Program-made: the position numbers and the translations under genes | Shown: positions 10,770 through 21,484 of the stretch, one piece after another | Layout: each line of letters opens with the position of its first letter | Numbering within the stretch: position 1 is the stretch's first letter | Notes under the pieces: model-generated | The model's input: only the letters and a program-made list of their open reading frames with translations | Database searches by the model: none | What the model was told of the DNA's origin: nothing | Origin: a phage | DNA length: 64,000 nt | Assembly (NCBI GenBank): GCA_026683435.1 | Contig: GCA_026683435.1_4866.1 | Strand: one strand, 5' to 3'

Positions 10770-11309
10770 ATGAGTTTATTTGGAAAGACCGCAAAAGAGT
10801 TGGTTTACGATCTTATCGTGTCCCAGAATCCCGGACTGGCTGGTAAGGGCGTGACCATCGATAAATTGTCGTTCGGTAACCCGTCGCACATCACCGCAGC
10901 CGATCCTGACCCAGAACAGTACACCAGACTGAACACCAGTCTCGATGTTTCTGGTATCGTTGAGAAAGGTACGTTTGGTAAGATGGGTCTTACTTACCGT
11001 CGACTGGACGTAGCCCACCTGTTTGAAAACGTGGTGCTGTCTGTAGATGGTAGTAGCGCATCCACTGCTGCTGATCTTGTCCCGTTATTGCAGGCTAAGT
11101 ATAACTGGATGATTGACACATCGGAGATCTATGCAAACGAGTCAATGACATCTTCCACGAAACACAATTTGCGTTTCAATGGCAAGTCTTTGGCTTGGAC
11201 TGGCACGGTTGAAGTTTATCTAACCGAAGTTCCAAGTGATGGCGTCGATATCAGTAAACTGATCACTGTTACTGAGCTGAATGGCTTGGTTTATGAAGTC
11301 TCGATATGA
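10770..11309 (+). CDS. hypothetical protein (end of plus-strand structural island)
   Basis: 179-aa ORF, RBS gagg upstream, followed by strong terminator. Confidence 0.7.
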   Translation: MSLFGKTAKELVYDLIVSQNPGLAGKGVTIDKLSFGNPSHITAADPDPEQYTRLNTSLDVSGIVEKGTFGKMGLTYRRLDVAHLFENVVLSVDGSSASTAADLVPLLQAKYNWMIDTSEIYANESMTSSTKHNLRFNGKSLAWTGTVEVYLTEVPSDGVDISKLITVTELNGLVYEVSI

Positions 11310-11335
11310 CGCAGGCGTAACAAAAAATAAGTATT

Positions 11336-11372
11336 ACGAGTACCCCGTCGGGGTACTCGTTTGCTTTATTTT
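11336..11372. terminator. bidirectional intrinsic terminator between convergent genes
   Basis: hairpin acgagtacccc-gtc-ggggtactcgt with A-run upstream and T-run downstream. Confidence 0.7.
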
Positions 11373-11795
11373 TTAGCGTTCAATAATCACTTTTACGATA
11401 TCTTCTACCGGAGGGTAATACCACAGAACCACGCTGTTTCGTCCCAAGTCTTTTGGAAACGTTTGACAGTACGCAATGTCGGTGCCGAAGCGCTCAGAGA
11501 GCTTTAAAACGTTCTCTGGGAATTGACAGCCTCCTCGCCAATCATGCGTATAGAGTACCTGCTGTAGTAACTTCACATTAGCATCGAAGAAGTACAGATT
11601 TTCCACTGGCGCAATATGTGGTACCGGAATTGGCGTGTCTGTAAGTACGAACTCCAAACCACCACATTGTTCTGAACGCTCCGCTAGGAATTTCAGATGC
11701 CATGGCATTAGACCGTGGTCTTCCCAGACGATATTGTTGACCAGTAAACGATCAACGTATTCATCGTAATCAACCGTGAACAGTTTCTTCGCCAT
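11373..11795 (-). CDS. hypothetical protein
   Basis: ORF track 11373..11810; start moved to ATG 11795 (MAKKLF) which has RBS gagg; track start has none. Confidence 0.55.
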   Translation of the reverse strand: MAKKLFTVDYDEYVDRLLVNNIVWEDHGLMPWHLKFLAERSEQCGGLEFVLTDTPIPVPHIAPVENLYFFDANVKLLQQVLYTHDWRGGCQFPENVLKLSERFGTDIAYCQTFPKDLGRNSVVLWYYPPVEDIVKVIIER

Positions 11796-12711
11796 CGGTA
11801 AACGCCTCATCTTTTACAGTAAGGGAACCGTTTACTTCGATTTCAGCGGCGGTCATGTCTGCTTCTTTAACGAATATACCGTCCGCGTTCAGGAAACCCT
11901 TACGGTCTTTGATTTCATCCCACGCCAGAGAGAAACACTGTTCCAGAGTCATATCGTACGCATTAGCCAGCGCATTGGCGTATTCGACCATCTGCGCGAA
12001 GTGACATTCGATCATTACCGCGTCGCTGTTCTCGAAGTGTTTATATTCGAGTTGCTTAGCTGAGTCGATGCCGGCTTGATCCCAGATGTAATCAACAGCT
12101 GCTGTGAGATGGAAACGCATTTTGTGGAACAAGTAATGACTGTTCCCGGCATGTGGGTTCTTTGAACGCGCTTCGTTGACATATGTGCTGATATCGGTCG
12201 AGTCAAACTTAATGAGTTCCATCAAGTTAACCAGCACGACCAGAGCATCACCGATACCGTCCATGATGTAACGGCGTTTGTTTTTACTGATACCGGTTGC
12301 CGCTTCACCGTCTTCTTCGTAGAGTTTGGTGGCTTGGCTATACCAGACGCCGTTATCCAGAATACCACGCGCTTTAGACCAACCCATAACGTTAGTAATA
12401 CATTGTGGGATGGTGTACAAAGGTACGTAACGCGGACGATCAACCGTACCACGATACTCGACACCTTCCAATGTCCACGGCATTTCGAAATCGTTTACTT
12501 CTAAACTCTGATCGCCGGTAAAGACTTTACCTTCGACGTAAGTGTGACCGGTTTCACTGTTCACGCACAGGGTGTACAGTTTCTCAAAGGACCACGGTTT
12601 AACAAACTGACGTTGGCAAAATCCAGCCAGAAGCTCATTAATCTGTGCCAGGTACTGGTTAGGTTCAACAATTACGTTGTACGGAATCTGGATAATGAAA
12701 CGATCGCCCAT
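11770..12711 (-). CDS. hypothetical protein
   Basis: 313-aa ORF; RBS aaggag upstream of ATG. Confidence 0.7.
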   Translation of the reverse strand: MGDRFIIQIPYNVIVEPNQYLAQINELLAGFCQRQFVKPWSFEKLYTLCVNSETGHTYVEGKVFTGDQSLEVNDFEMPWTLEGVEYRGTVDRPRYVPLYTIPQCITNVMGWSKARGILDNGVWYSQATKLYEEDGEAATGISKNKRRYIMDGIGDALVVLVNLMELIKFDSTDISTYVNEARSKNPHAGNSHYLFHKMRFHLTAAVDYIWDQAGIDSAKQLEYKHFENSDAVMIECHFAQMVEYANALANAYDMTLEQCFSLAWDEIKDRKGFLNADGIFVKEADMTAAEIEVNGSLTVKDEAFTDGEETVHG

Positions 12712-12741
12712 TTTGATAGCTCCTTAAACAAAAAAATAACT

Positions 12742-12763
12742 AGGGTGTCCATATGGACACCCT
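12742..12763 (-). terminator. intrinsic terminator (minus strand)
   Basis: palindromic hairpin agggtgtccatatggacaccct followed by T-run on minus strand. Confidence 0.6.
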
Positions 12764-12773
12764 AATACGTATT

Positions 12774-12962
12774 TTAAATCTTGCACGCACCACCGGTGCA
12801 GTTGTCGTCGTCTTTCGACGGGTCAACGCCACCTTCCACACCTGCATCCGGGTCAAGTCCAGGGATAACCATCTCGTCATCCGGAGACATGTTTACATCC
12901 GCACCTAACCCATCACGATACATGAACGTTGTGGCTTGCCCACGACCGAGTTCTCCAGCCAT
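12774..12962 (-). CDS. small hypothetical protein (62 aa)
   Basis: ORF with RBS gaggaaa; own terminator downstream. Confidence 0.5.
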   Translation of the reverse strand: MAGELGRGQATTFMYRDGLGADVNMSPDDEMVIPGLDPDAGVEGGVDPSKDDDNCTGGACKI

Positions 12963-12974
12963 ATTTTCCTCTAC

Positions 12975-13454
12975 TTAATTAATCAGGTGTATCACAACGT
13001 CTGGCGTTACTACGTCGACCAGACTGCGATAGATTTTATCGTAACTGAACTTGTTGAAGAAGAAACCCGCTTCGTCGACAATAACCAAGCCGAATTTCTC
13101 GTAGCCGGATATACCAGCACCCGTCGCGCGTTTCCAACCCTCGGGCAAGTAGTTACAGTGTACGGTCAACCAACCGTTCCCGGCAGCCTTTTCATGGAAC
13201 TTCTCCACTACTTCGTTTCGTAACGATTCATTGTGGACCAGATACAGAACGCTGCCGTGGAACTTTGCTGACATATCAACGGCGTGTGTTGTAACGCCCT
13301 TCTGACGACCGGCACCGTAACGGATGGTACGGAACTCACTCAGTGCAATGTGTGGCAGGAAGCCACAGCTGCGGGCTTCATCGGAGTCCAGTTCGATAAG
13401 ACCTTTGGACAGTTCTTTTACCACGGCACGATAATCGATCCGAGTTATAGACAT
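12975..13454 (-). CDS. hypothetical protein with Walker-B-like motif (LVIVDEAGFF)
   Basis: 159-aa ORF with RBS; motif seen in translation only. Confidence 0.65.
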   Translation of the reverse strand: MSITRIDYRAVVKELSKGLIELDSDEARSCGFLPHIALSEFRTIRYGAGRQKGVTTHAVDMSAKFHGSVLYLVHNESLRNEVVEKFHEKAAGNGWLTVHCNYLPEGWKRATGAGISGYEKFGLVIVDEAGFFFNKFSYDKIYRSLVDVVTPDVVIHLIN

Positions 13455-13465
13455 CTGTTTTCACC

Positions 13466-14233
13466 TTATTTGTAGTTAACCATATACGGCGCGCCCTGCT
13501 TAGTAAAGCCAACCGTCAGCTTGCTCGCCTCTTCTTTTACCCATGCGGGTAATTCTTCACGGAATGCCGGATTCAGGAACCAAATCTGCTCATAGCGCCC
13601 GTCAATCTTTTCAACAACACGTTCCCAACCTTCGACGTACGTCAACGAGAACCATTTAGAACGCGCCTGGCGTGCCCAGTAGTGGTATTCGATGGTTCGA
13701 CCGACGTGAGTCAAGACATCAATCAGAACTTGGTAGAAGCTCGGCTTTCCGATGACATGGCTATACTCGAAGATAACAGACTCTTCGCCAGGGACGAAGT
13801 TATCTTCAAAATTCTTCTCCCCTGTTAACGGTACCATTATCGTGTCGTCGTTGATACATAACAACCAGTGCTTATTCGAAAATATCGGCGTGTCGCCTGA
13901 GAAACGAGCCCAGCGATAATTTTCAATCGCGACGCCAATCTGTGGCCGTAGTGTATCGACCACCTTCGCTATCGCTGCAGGGTCTATCGGCTCATAAACC
14001 AGACAAATCGCTTGCGCTTGCTCTCTTTCCTGCTCAGGTTCCGCAGGTCGTGGTCGCCGCCCCAGCATCAAAATACCACTAAGATTAGTTTCCCCAATCT
14101 CAATGATTTCTATTTCGCTAGTGGGAAGCTGCCGTTTAGCGTCCTCCATGTCGACGGCCCCTAATAACCCGTATTCGTAGTCGTCAAATTCCACTGTGTA
14201 GAATTCATCGGAGAACGCAAAGAGTTTCATCAT
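13466..14233 (-). CDS. hypothetical protein
   Basis: 255-aa ORF, RBS ggagaaa. Confidence 0.7.
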   Translation of the reverse strand: MMKLFAFSDEFYTVEFDDYEYGLLGAVDMEDAKRQLPTSEIEIIEIGETNLSGILMLGRRPRPAEPEQEREQAQAICLVYEPIDPAAIAKVVDTLRPQIGVAIENYRWARFSGDTPIFSNKHWLLCINDDTIMVPLTGEKNFEDNFVPGEESVIFEYSHVIGKPSFYQVLIDVLTHVGRTIEYHYWARQARSKWFSLTYVEGWERVVEKIDGRYEQIWFLNPAFREELPAWVKEEASKLTVGFTKQGAPYMVNYK

Positions 14234-14234
14234 C

Positions 14235-14498
14235 TTATTTCTCCATTGTTTTAAAGAGAACGTCTACGCTGTTACGGAGCATATTCAGTTCTTCTTCTTT
14301 CTTACGCAGCAGCATTTCAGGAGCGTTCTTTGCAAACTCTTTCAATGCCATTTGGACGACATGCGAATCGGTTTCGTCCGGGAACAGAGCCTTTAATGCG
14401 ACCCATTCTTCCGCCGTGAAAACGTCGCCTTTGCGAACATTACGCTGTTGTGGTAGTCGAATTGTTTTAGTGAGTCGGTCAGTCATAGCTCCACCCAA
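14235..14498 (-). CDS. hypothetical protein
   Basis: 87-aa ORF packed between neighbours. Confidence 0.5.
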   Translation of the reverse strand: MGGAMTDRLTKTIRLPQQRNVRKGDVFTAEEWVALKALFPDETDSHVVQMALKEFAKNAPEMLLRKKEEELNMLRNSVDVLFKTMEK

Positions 14499-15019
14499 AT
14501 CAGTTTAAAGGTATCACCTTCTAAGCCAGTCGGATGGATAATCATCGCTTCGGTATAGATAGGCTCTTCTTCTGCAATGCGGTGTTCAGCTGCTAAGCCT
14601 GAAAGGTGCATGTAGAGGTCTTCATCCATATCCCCGTTAAAAGATGAGGTCAGGATGAAAGGTGTGGATTCTGCGATTTGCAAAAGCGTTTCTTTGCTAA
14701 TCTGCATCTCCATTGTCCGACGTCGTTCCATCCAACTGCCTTGTTCGTGGATATACGGGTCGGTATTAATGCGAACGACAGGTTCCGTAGACACACCCAG
14801 ACCACGCGACATCATCTGGATGGCCAGAAGCGTCCACCATTCTTGTTCAGCTATCGGGAAACCGATAGCTTTCATCGTCCCGTCCGGTTGTGGAACGTGC
14901 AATTGCCCACGATGCTCGTCTGGAAACTCGATGATCTTCTGTCCATTGACAGGAACAAACGGCGGTTCGTCCGTAGCAACCACCACTTTAGGTTTGAATG
15001 GAACGACGTTGTCAACCAT
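14483..15019 (-). CDS. hypothetical protein
   Basis: 178-aa ORF, RBS aggagcg. Confidence 0.65.
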   Translation of the reverse strand: MVDNVVPFKPKVVVATDEPPFVPVNGQKIIEFPDEHRGQLHVPQPDGTMKAIGFPIAEQEWWTLLAIQMMSRGLGVSTEPVVRINTDPYIHEQGSWMERRRTMEMQISKETLLQIAESTPFILTSSFNGDMDEDLYMHLSGLAAEHRIAEEEPIYTEAMIIHPTGLEGDTFKLIWVEL

Positions 15020-15031
15020 AAACGCTCCTAA

Positions 15032-16069
15032 TTAGATAGCGACAGGCGCAGATATTTTTTCATGAGACTGATACCCAACGATCTCAAAATCTTCGAACTT
15101 ATAATCGAAGATAGAATCCGGTTTACGCTTGATGACCAGTTTCGGTAAAGGTAAAGGTTCGCGCGTCAGCTGCAATTTAGCCTGTTCCAGATGGTTGGAG
15201 TACAGATGTACGTCACCACCACTCCAAACGAAATCGCCTGGAACCATGTTAACTTGCTGAGCTACCATGTGTACGAGTAATGCGTAAGACGCGATGTTGA
15301 ACGGTGTTCCCAGGAAGAAGTCTTGGGAACGTGCATACAGCTGACATGAAAGAATGCGGCGAGGTATTTCAAGTGCGTCCATCTCAACGTGGAACACTGC
15401 GTCGTCTGCAACAGCTTCATTACTAAAGCGGGAATCGTTAAATTGATCTGGAAGGTTCTTTTCAAACCAATCAAGACGCTCGTCGATAGACAGCTCACGA
15501 GTGTAGAACTGAAAGAACGCATGACACGGAGCTAACGCCATTTGATCCAACTCACCCACATTCCATGCGCTGACAATAATACGGCGACTGTCAGGATCGT
15601 TACGCAGTTGGTCAATCACCTTAGAGATTTGGTCGTGTAGTTTCAGAAGTACACGCGCATCGAACATTTGTGAACCGTCGTCCGCGTCGCCATAATCCAC
15701 GTATCCTGCATCTTGCAGTTTCTCGAGTAAAGCTGCATTTTTCTTAGGCACCAGTTTCACATCTTTCCAACGTCTCCACTGTTCCCCATACAGGGGGCCA
15801 AGGTTCCCATTTTCATCTTGCCACTCCCGCCAAATGGTAACGCCGTTATCTTCCAGATATTTGGTGTTGGTATCGCCACTAAGGAACCACAGCAGTTCGT
15901 GAATAATAGAACGCAGGTGGAGTTTTTTAGTCGTGACTAGCGGGAAACCTTTGCGCAAATCAAAACGCATTTGGCGACCAAAGACGGAGAGCGTCCCTGT
16001 TCCAGTACGGTCGCCTTTAACATGCCCTTCATCCAGAATATTCTGCATCGTTTCAAGGTATTGCTTCAT
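15032..16069 (-). CDS. thyA: thymidylate synthase (ThyA family) with two insertions
   Basis: Motifs [25 protein letters not shown], catalytic [10 protein letters not shown], dUMP-specific [17 protein letters not shown]-terminus [20 protein letters not shown]…APVAI closely like E. coli ThyA; 345 aa versus about 264. Confidence 0.9.
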   Translation of the reverse strand: MKQYLETMQNILDEGHVKGDRTGTGTLSVFGRQMRFDLRKGFPLVTTKKLHLRSIIHELLWFLSGDTNTKYLEDNGVTIWREWQDENGNLGPLYGEQWRRWKDVKLVPKKNAALLEKLQDAGYVDYGDADDGSQMFDARVLLKLHDQISKVIDQLRNDPDSRRIIVSAWNVGELDQMALAPCHAFFQFYTRELSIDERLDWFEKNLPDQFNDSRFSNEAVADDAVFHVEMDALEIPRRILSCQLYARSQDFFLGTPFNIASYALLVHMVAQQVNMVPGDFVWSGGDVHLYSNHLEQAKLQLTREPLPLPKLVIKRKPDSIFDYKFEDFEIVGYQSHEKISAPVAI

Positions 16070-16929
16070 TAGATACTATCCCTCTTTAAGCTTTCAAATA
16101 AGTAAAGTAGATCATCATTCATCACCACATTCACACCGCCATCTGTGTAGGCTGCGGTTATTTCAGGTACACGTTCGAACAGGATACGATTCCAGCGCAC
16201 TGAGTCACGAACATATTTGTCCAGCAGTTCGTTTAACGTAGTTGCGAGTGCAGCATTGATTGTCGGCAACTCGTCGCGTTTAAACGGCCGGTGGCAATAG
16301 GGCGCAAGGTGCGTAGCGACACAACTGTCCAGGACAGTCTGGAACATCAGACAGATGGCTGGCCCAGACATCTGTCTAGAACCAGGCAATTTATCGCCAG
16401 TAAAATCATCAGACGCGGGAACAAACAACCCGATGCCGTTCATTTCACCTTTCGTGTTGATTAGCACACGATGTCCGTTGTATATTACACGGCCGAATTC
16501 CAGGCCGCAGATACGCGCCAACATTCGGTATTGTCGCGCCAAACTATGCAGCTCGGTAACGTAGCTGTGGGGCTCGTGCTCATCTTGCAATATGAGTCCA
16601 ACCACTTCGGTGGCAACAACAAAAAGGTTATGAAGACGGAACTCTTTGGTGTTTCCCGTGGTGCGGTCTTTTATAGCTGCATCCAGTGGAATAACGAAAT
16701 CTCCCACGTTCGTGTGCTTGCCGAAGTGCAACAGACCAACGAACGCCCAAAGAGAGCGACCCATGGCCGCCGCCACTTTCAAGTTGTCCATCTTCTGCAC
16801 ACCTTCAGCGACGTCGCCTAATGTGCGATAGAACTTGGCAAGCTGCTGCTCGCGTGTCCCGTATTGGTAAATCTTCGCTTGCCGGTACCAATCATCAACC
16901 GCCTGAGTCTGCTGAATAATACTAAGCAT
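16069..16929 (-). CDS. hypothetical protein
   Basis: ORF track 16069..16995; start moved to ATG 16929 (MLSIIQQ) preceded by AGGAGG. Confidence 0.7.
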   Translation of the reverse strand: MLSIIQQTQAVDDWYRQAKIYQYGTREQQLAKFYRTLGDVAEGVQKMDNLKVAAAMGRSLWAFVGLLHFGKHTNVGDFVIPLDAAIKDRTTGNTKEFRLHNLFVVATEVVGLILQDEHEPHSYVTELHSLARQYRMLARICGLEFGRVIYNGHRVLINTKGEMNGIGLFVPASDDFTGDKLPGSRQMSGPAICLMFQTVLDSCVATHLAPYCHRPFKRDELPTINAALATTLNELLDKYVRDSVRWNRILFERVPEITAAYTDGGVNVVMNDDLLYLFESLKRDSI

Positions 16930-17341
16930 ACTCTTCCTCCTGATACGCGTAGCAGATTGCAAAGTTAAGCTGGCCGGTTGCGCGAGAAACGACAACGGCG
17001 ATAGTCTGGTCTTCTACACCCGACATCGGTGTGCCCTGGTTAACCATTTGACCTGCGGCTTTACTTACCGGACCCAGCAAACGCCAGCTGTACAGACGGC
17101 TACGTAACGCGGCGTTTTGTAAGAAAGCGGAGCCGCAATCATAGTCGACGTTAAACGCTGCAAACATTGGACCACAGTCCGCCATTGTGCCGTTTAACGG
17201 TAACTCGCTCGTCACCACGATTTTCACCGGCTTGTCTTTGAGACGTTGCGCTAACGCTTCCCAGTTAGCGTTATTAGTGCCAGCGACGATGGTGTTGTTC
17301 AGAAGTAAGCCAACGCCTTTTTCAAACGCGATATTGTTCAT
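16922..17341 (-). CDS. hypothetical protein
   Basis: 139-aa ORF, RBS aaggag. Confidence 0.65.
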   Translation of the reverse strand: MNNIAFEKGVGLLLNNTIVAGTNNANWEALAQRLKDKPVKIVVTSELPLNGTMADCGPMFAAFNVDYDCGSAFLQNAALRSRLYSWRLLGPVSKAAGQMVNQGTPMSGVEDQTIAVVVSRATGQLNFAICYAYQEEEYA

Positions 17342-17389
17342 TATAGTTCTCCTTGGGGTCTTTTACATACGTACAGCCGTGGCCGTAAA

Positions 17390-17752
17390 TTATCGAAGAA
17401 TAAGAATTTGGCTACTGTCGTGCACATTGTACGTATTCATCCTGGGCTTGCTAGGCGGGTTGAATCCCATCAATAATTCGCACAATACACGACCAGGCTG
17501 CCCACTGAAGATAACCAGGTGTGTGGTGTCTTCGCCGTCTCCAAGTCGGGAGAAAGCAACGCGTGGTGATGCAGCTTGCGTGTAGAGTTGCAATAGTTGA
17601 AACTTACCTTCTGCGAAGGGAGCAAGTTTCTCTTTCCACTCGACCATAGATGTTTCGTCGAGTTCTAACGTGCGTACACGTCTCCCGTCACTATCCGGAA
17701 CACCACAAACAAACACGATTCCGTGACGATTAAAGAAGAAGCCGATTTGCAT
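17390..17752 (-). CDS. hypothetical protein
   Basis: 120-aa ORF, RBS aaggagt. Confidence 0.6.
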   Translation of the reverse strand: MQIGFFFNRHGIVFVCGVPDSDGRRVRTLELDETSMVEWKEKLAPFAEGKFQLLQLYTQAASPRVAFSRLGDGEDTTHLVIFSGQPGRVLCELLMGFNPPSKPRMNTYNVHDSSQILILR

Positions 17753-17782
17753 TTACATACTCCTTAAGATAAAAAATAAAGA

Positions 17783-17806
17783 TACCCTCTCCCGAAGGAG
17801 AGGGTA
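17783..17806 (-). terminator. intrinsic terminator (minus strand)
   Basis: hairpin taccctctc-ccgaag-gagagggta, T-run on minus strand. Confidence 0.65.
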
Positions 17807-17810
17807 CGAC

Positions 17811-18473
17811 TTAGATGCGGGTTTCATTATCCCAGTAGTTCCGAATGACTTCCTGGGCTTCAGCATCAGACGGGTTGCCTGGAATAGCGTCTTCTACTGC
17901 AAACGGCAATACGTCCTTGATAGACGTCAGCTCAAATCGCTCAACTTCCAGTTCGACTTTTACCCATTCACCGAATGTCGTGGAGTCACGCAGTTCGTTG
18001 ACAAGGTCTTCGAAACCTGCCTGCGATTCGATAACTGGGTGACCTGCCAGTTTAAAGAACAGATCAATATCCCAATGCTTCGCACCTTGCTCTGCCAGTT
18101 CACCTGGTTCGAGTTTGATACGACGCACGAGATGTGCAAGATTGCCATCTTCGTAGAAGGTCAGACCCGAAGCAAACCCGATATCCGAGTTCTCTTCGAT
18201 ACGTCCGTCAGATGCTTGTCGTTTTAACGTTAAGACTGCGGTTTTATCGGTGGACAACCGCACACGACGTTTGCCGTTAACGACCGGCATGATGACATCC
18301 AGGAACGTTTCACCTGTCTGACCAAACAGCCATTGCCAACCTTCTTCAGTGGGTTTAACCCACATGCAATACTCACGTTCCTTCTCCGTAGAGATGGACT
18401 CACGCGCAACAGTAATGACTTCTTTTTCCTGCTGCTCGTCTAAGTTTTTGAGAATATCAAATAGTCCCATCAT
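17811..18473 (-). CDS. hypothetical protein
   Basis: 220-aa ORF. Confidence 0.7.
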   Translation of the reverse strand: MMGLFDILKNLDEQQEKEVITVARESISTEKEREYCMWVKPTEEGWQWLFGQTGETFLDVIMPVVNGKRRVRLSTDKTAVLTLKRQASDGRIEENSDIGFASGLTFYEDGNLAHLVRRIKLEPGELAEQGAKHWDIDLFFKLAGHPVIESQAGFEDLVNELRDSTTFGEWVKVELEVERFELTSIKDVLPFAVEDAIPGNPSDAEAQEVIRNYWDNETRI

Positions 18474-19308
18474 CGATTCCTAGTTTCTTCAAAAGTTCGG
18501 TTCGATCAAACGTACTGTCCTCAGGATCGATATGTTCAGCTATCATCTCAATCAGATTTGGTAGCCAGTCCCAGTGTGCTGGGAATATCTTACGCCCTTG
18601 CATCATGTAATAATGCTTAAGCGGGATACGTGCTCGCAGAATCTCTGCAAATACATTACCTAACGATGTCCCGTCGACCGACAGTATAAAGAGTTTATTT
18701 ACCAGCGCATGGATAAAACGGCTTTCTGTAACCGGGGTAAATGAACCGGGCTTATAGCTGGTTCCTCCGTAGATTTCCGCTTTCAGATTACGACCTAACC
18801 GGATACAGTCGGTGCCATCCAGTGCACGCAACTTCTCAATATCAGGCCAGGTGTTCACTGCCTGTCGCATGATATCAAATTCCATCACCAAAGTGCGGTT
18901 ATCAATTTCACGCATTAAGTAATCCAGAATACGCAGGTAATGATAATAACCTTCGAGCGTCCGGAAAGGTCCGTGGGGGGTAACAAAATACTCACCAGGG
19001 CGAGCATAGAAGTTACTCGCCATCCGACCTATCTCAGTTCGCCCCTGCGAATAGATGTTGAAGTGATTCAGACCGTCTGTAGACGGCGTGATGTCCACCA
19101 AGGTACTCTGGTAACCCATACGCAGTAAATAGCGTACAAAGGCTTCCTTTTCTTCTGGTGGGAGGATGGGACGTAAAACAGGATATGTGGCTTCTACCGA
19201 GGCGGGCAACGTAAACCCAAAAGCAGCTGCCAAAGCATCCACCGATGCACCATCGACACGTAGACGTTCCAACGCACTACGCAAAAACTTACCTTCATCT
19301 TTCGACAT
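18457..19308 (-). CDS. hypothetical protein
   Basis: 283-aa ORF. Confidence 0.7.
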   Translation of the reverse strand: MSKDEGKFLRSALERLRVDGASVDALAAAFGFTLPASVEATYPVLRPILPPEEKEAFVRYLLRMGYQSTLVDITPSTDGLNHFNIYSQGRTEIGRMASNFYARPGEYFVTPHGPFRTLEGYYHYLRILDYLMREIDNRTLVMEFDIMRQAVNTWPDIEKLRALDGTDCIRLGRNLKAEIYGGTSYKPGSFTPVTESRFIHALVNKLFILSVDGTSLGNVFAEILRARIPLKHYYMMQGRKIFPAHWDWLPNLIEMIAEHIDPEDSTFDRTELLKKLGIDDGTI

Positions 19309-19317
19309 AGAGGTACC

Positions 19318-20592
19318 TTACAAGGCGAAATAGCTCTGCACCAGCGTACTGGCAGACTGATATTGGACACTACCACCGGCGATAACGTACGGACGTTTCT
19401 CGGTGGTCAGGAGTGCTTGAATCGCATTACTGTTGGCGTACGTGTAAAGCTTAAGCTCAACCATTCCCGGATTCGTTTTAGAGATATCCCAGTTTGGATT
19501 AAGCGTTTTAAACAACGTCAACAGTCGTTGGCCGTAGGTGCTGTAACCCACACCCGGCTCAACGTTAAGGTTCATCAGAAGATTCTGAATAACAGTATCT
19601 GCAATCTCAGCACCTTGACCTGGCTGTAGTTTAGGCAAGTAATACTCAACAGAATTGAGATTACCCGCAGCCGCAGCCTGTATCATCAGTTCGCCGTACA
19701 ACGCTTGTTGTGCAACAGGATCGGTGATAGCCTGAATCATCGGATCGATGCGATTCGGCAGACCGTATTGATTGAGCTTCGTGGACATACCGTATATCAA
19801 CGCAGACGAGGTGTTGATATCCAGCGAGGAGAAATTTCCACTCCCGCCCGTAAAGCTATCAATGATCCCGTCGATAGACAAGAAGTCGTCCAGGTCCTTA
19901 AAGCTATCAAACGTGTGCGTAACATCGTCAATCAGTGCGGTGACTTGCCACTTGGCGCTATTGGCCATATCGACGTAGTTACCGATTTCACGCTGTACCT
20001 CACCAGGCAGTTTGGCAAGCTGTCCCGCGATGTTCATCGTGGATTCCAGGCGAGCTTTCACTGACGCATAATCTGTCCCGACCGCGCTTAAAGCGCTATC
20101 GCGAAGATCAGTCAGTGTATCCCATCCCTTACTTAACAGACTACCTGCGCCGCCCGGTGAGAGATAGCTCAGTGCAGTTTTCCCTTCCTGGTTTACCTTC
20201 TGAAAGGGTTCGGACACATCACGCTTCTGTGGATCGATAACTGGCAGCGCTTCTTTCGTGTTGGAAGCAAAAGTAGGCACACGTTGTGGCGGCGATACTC
20301 CGGAAGCCGCTGAACCTGCTGCCTTTTTACCACCCACCGTGACTTGGTCGCCACCCCCGAACACGTTACCAAATTTTTCACTTATCGTGTTGCCAATGTT
20401 GGAGATCTTGTCGAACGTCTCTCCGGCTTTAGCAGTTGCGTTATTGTACAAATTTTGAGCACTTTCAATACCGCGCTCGGCATTACCAATCGTTGACTGG
20501 ACACGGTTTTGAACATCGTTAACTTTGTTCTCTATTGCGCCCGTTGTGCTGCTTATCTGGTTGGTAATCCCATCAAGGTTGTTCAGTTTCAT
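19318..20592 (-). CDS. hypothetical protein (Gly/Ser/Thr/Asn-rich)
   Basis: 424-aa ORF. Confidence 0.7.
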   Translation of the reverse strand: MKLNNLDGITNQISSTTGAIENKVNDVQNRVQSTIGNAERGIESAQNLYNNATAKAGETFDKISNIGNTISEKFGNVFGGGDQVTVGGKKAAGSAASGVSPPQRVPTFASNTKEALPVIDPQKRDVSEPFQKVNQEGKTALSYLSPGGAGSLLSKGWDTLTDLRDSALSAVGTDYASVKARLESTMNIAGQLAKLPGEVQREIGNYVDMANSAKWQVTALIDDVTHTFDSFKDLDDFLSIDGIIDSFTGGSGNFSSLDINTSSALIYGMSTKLNQYGLPNRIDPMIQAITDPVAQQALYGELMIQAAAAGNLNSVEYYLPKLQPGQGAEIADTVIQNLLMNLNVEPGVGYSTYGQRLLTLFKTLNPNWDISKTNPGMVELKLYTYANSNAIQALLTTEKRPYVIAGGSVQYQSASTLVQSYFAL

Positions 20593-21451
20593 TGGAACTC
20601 CAGAATCTATACGTCGCTAACGGAACGTTGTCGCTGACCTCATATTCTCTACCACTACGATGGCGAACTTTGAAAGTGATTTCGAACTCACGCACGTCCA
20701 GCGCTTGTAAGATTATTAGAAACCAACGCCAGGTGATTGCCTCGGTGTGACGCATCGCCTGTTTCATGTTGTTTCGTCTGTCCCCACGTTTGGATGATGT
20801 GCCTGGGCACAACTTAGGGTTGTTGACGTAGTTCGTCGTCCACCGTTCCAGTTTATCACCATCGATTTTATACCCACGAATAATTTTGTAGATTAAACGC
20901 AGGAGAATATGCTTCATCACATGTTCGATGGTGTGATCGATGTTCGCGATATACTCGTTAACGTCGTGAGATGCAGGATGCTCGAAACGCTCTTTACGTT
21001 TCTTCCTGTTCTCATTACGTAAGTTCTTAATGAAGTCCTCACGCACAAACGTACTGTCGAATACAAAACACTTCGTGTCAAAGCTTCCCCGCTTAGTCAG
21101 CATGGTGACTGTTAGCGTTTGCATCTCCAGGATAACTAATCCCTCGATGAAACGTTTCCACGTAAAATCGACTGTCAGGTTACGTACCGAACCACCCGTA
21201 AGTGAGGTGTTCAGCCGGTTAACGCGGTCAGTCATCGTGGTCAGTTTGCTGTCACGAAACTGTTTCAGATACTCCGGGTCGTTGACATGTTGACGGATAA
21301 GGTCTTTCCATATCCCGTCGCTAATACCCATCAACTTAACCAGATTCCAATAAGCATTCCTTAACGGGTAGCTGGTATCCGACGCTGGTGGCGTACCGTG
21401 CCAAATTTGCTCGCGTGTGCTATTCAGCGGCGGCTTTTTCTCATCATCCAT
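20573..21451 (-). CDS. hypothetical protein
   Basis: 292-aa ORF. Confidence 0.7.
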   Translation of the reverse strand: MDDEKKPPLNSTREQIWHGTPPASDTSYPLRNAYWNLVKLMGISDGIWKDLIRQHVNDPEYLKQFRDSKLTTMTDRVNRLNTSLTGGSVRNLTVDFTWKRFIEGLVILEMQTLTVTMLTKRGSFDTKCFVFDSTFVREDFIKNLRNENRKKRKERFEHPASHDVNEYIANIDHTIEHVMKHILLRLIYKIIRGYKIDGDKLERWTTNYVNNPKLCPGTSSKRGDRRNNMKQAMRHTEAITWRWFLIILQALDVREFEITFKVRHRSGREYEVSDNVPLATYRFWSSNETEQP

Positions 21452-21484
21452 ACATCACCTTGTTACAAGGGAATAGATTAAAAG

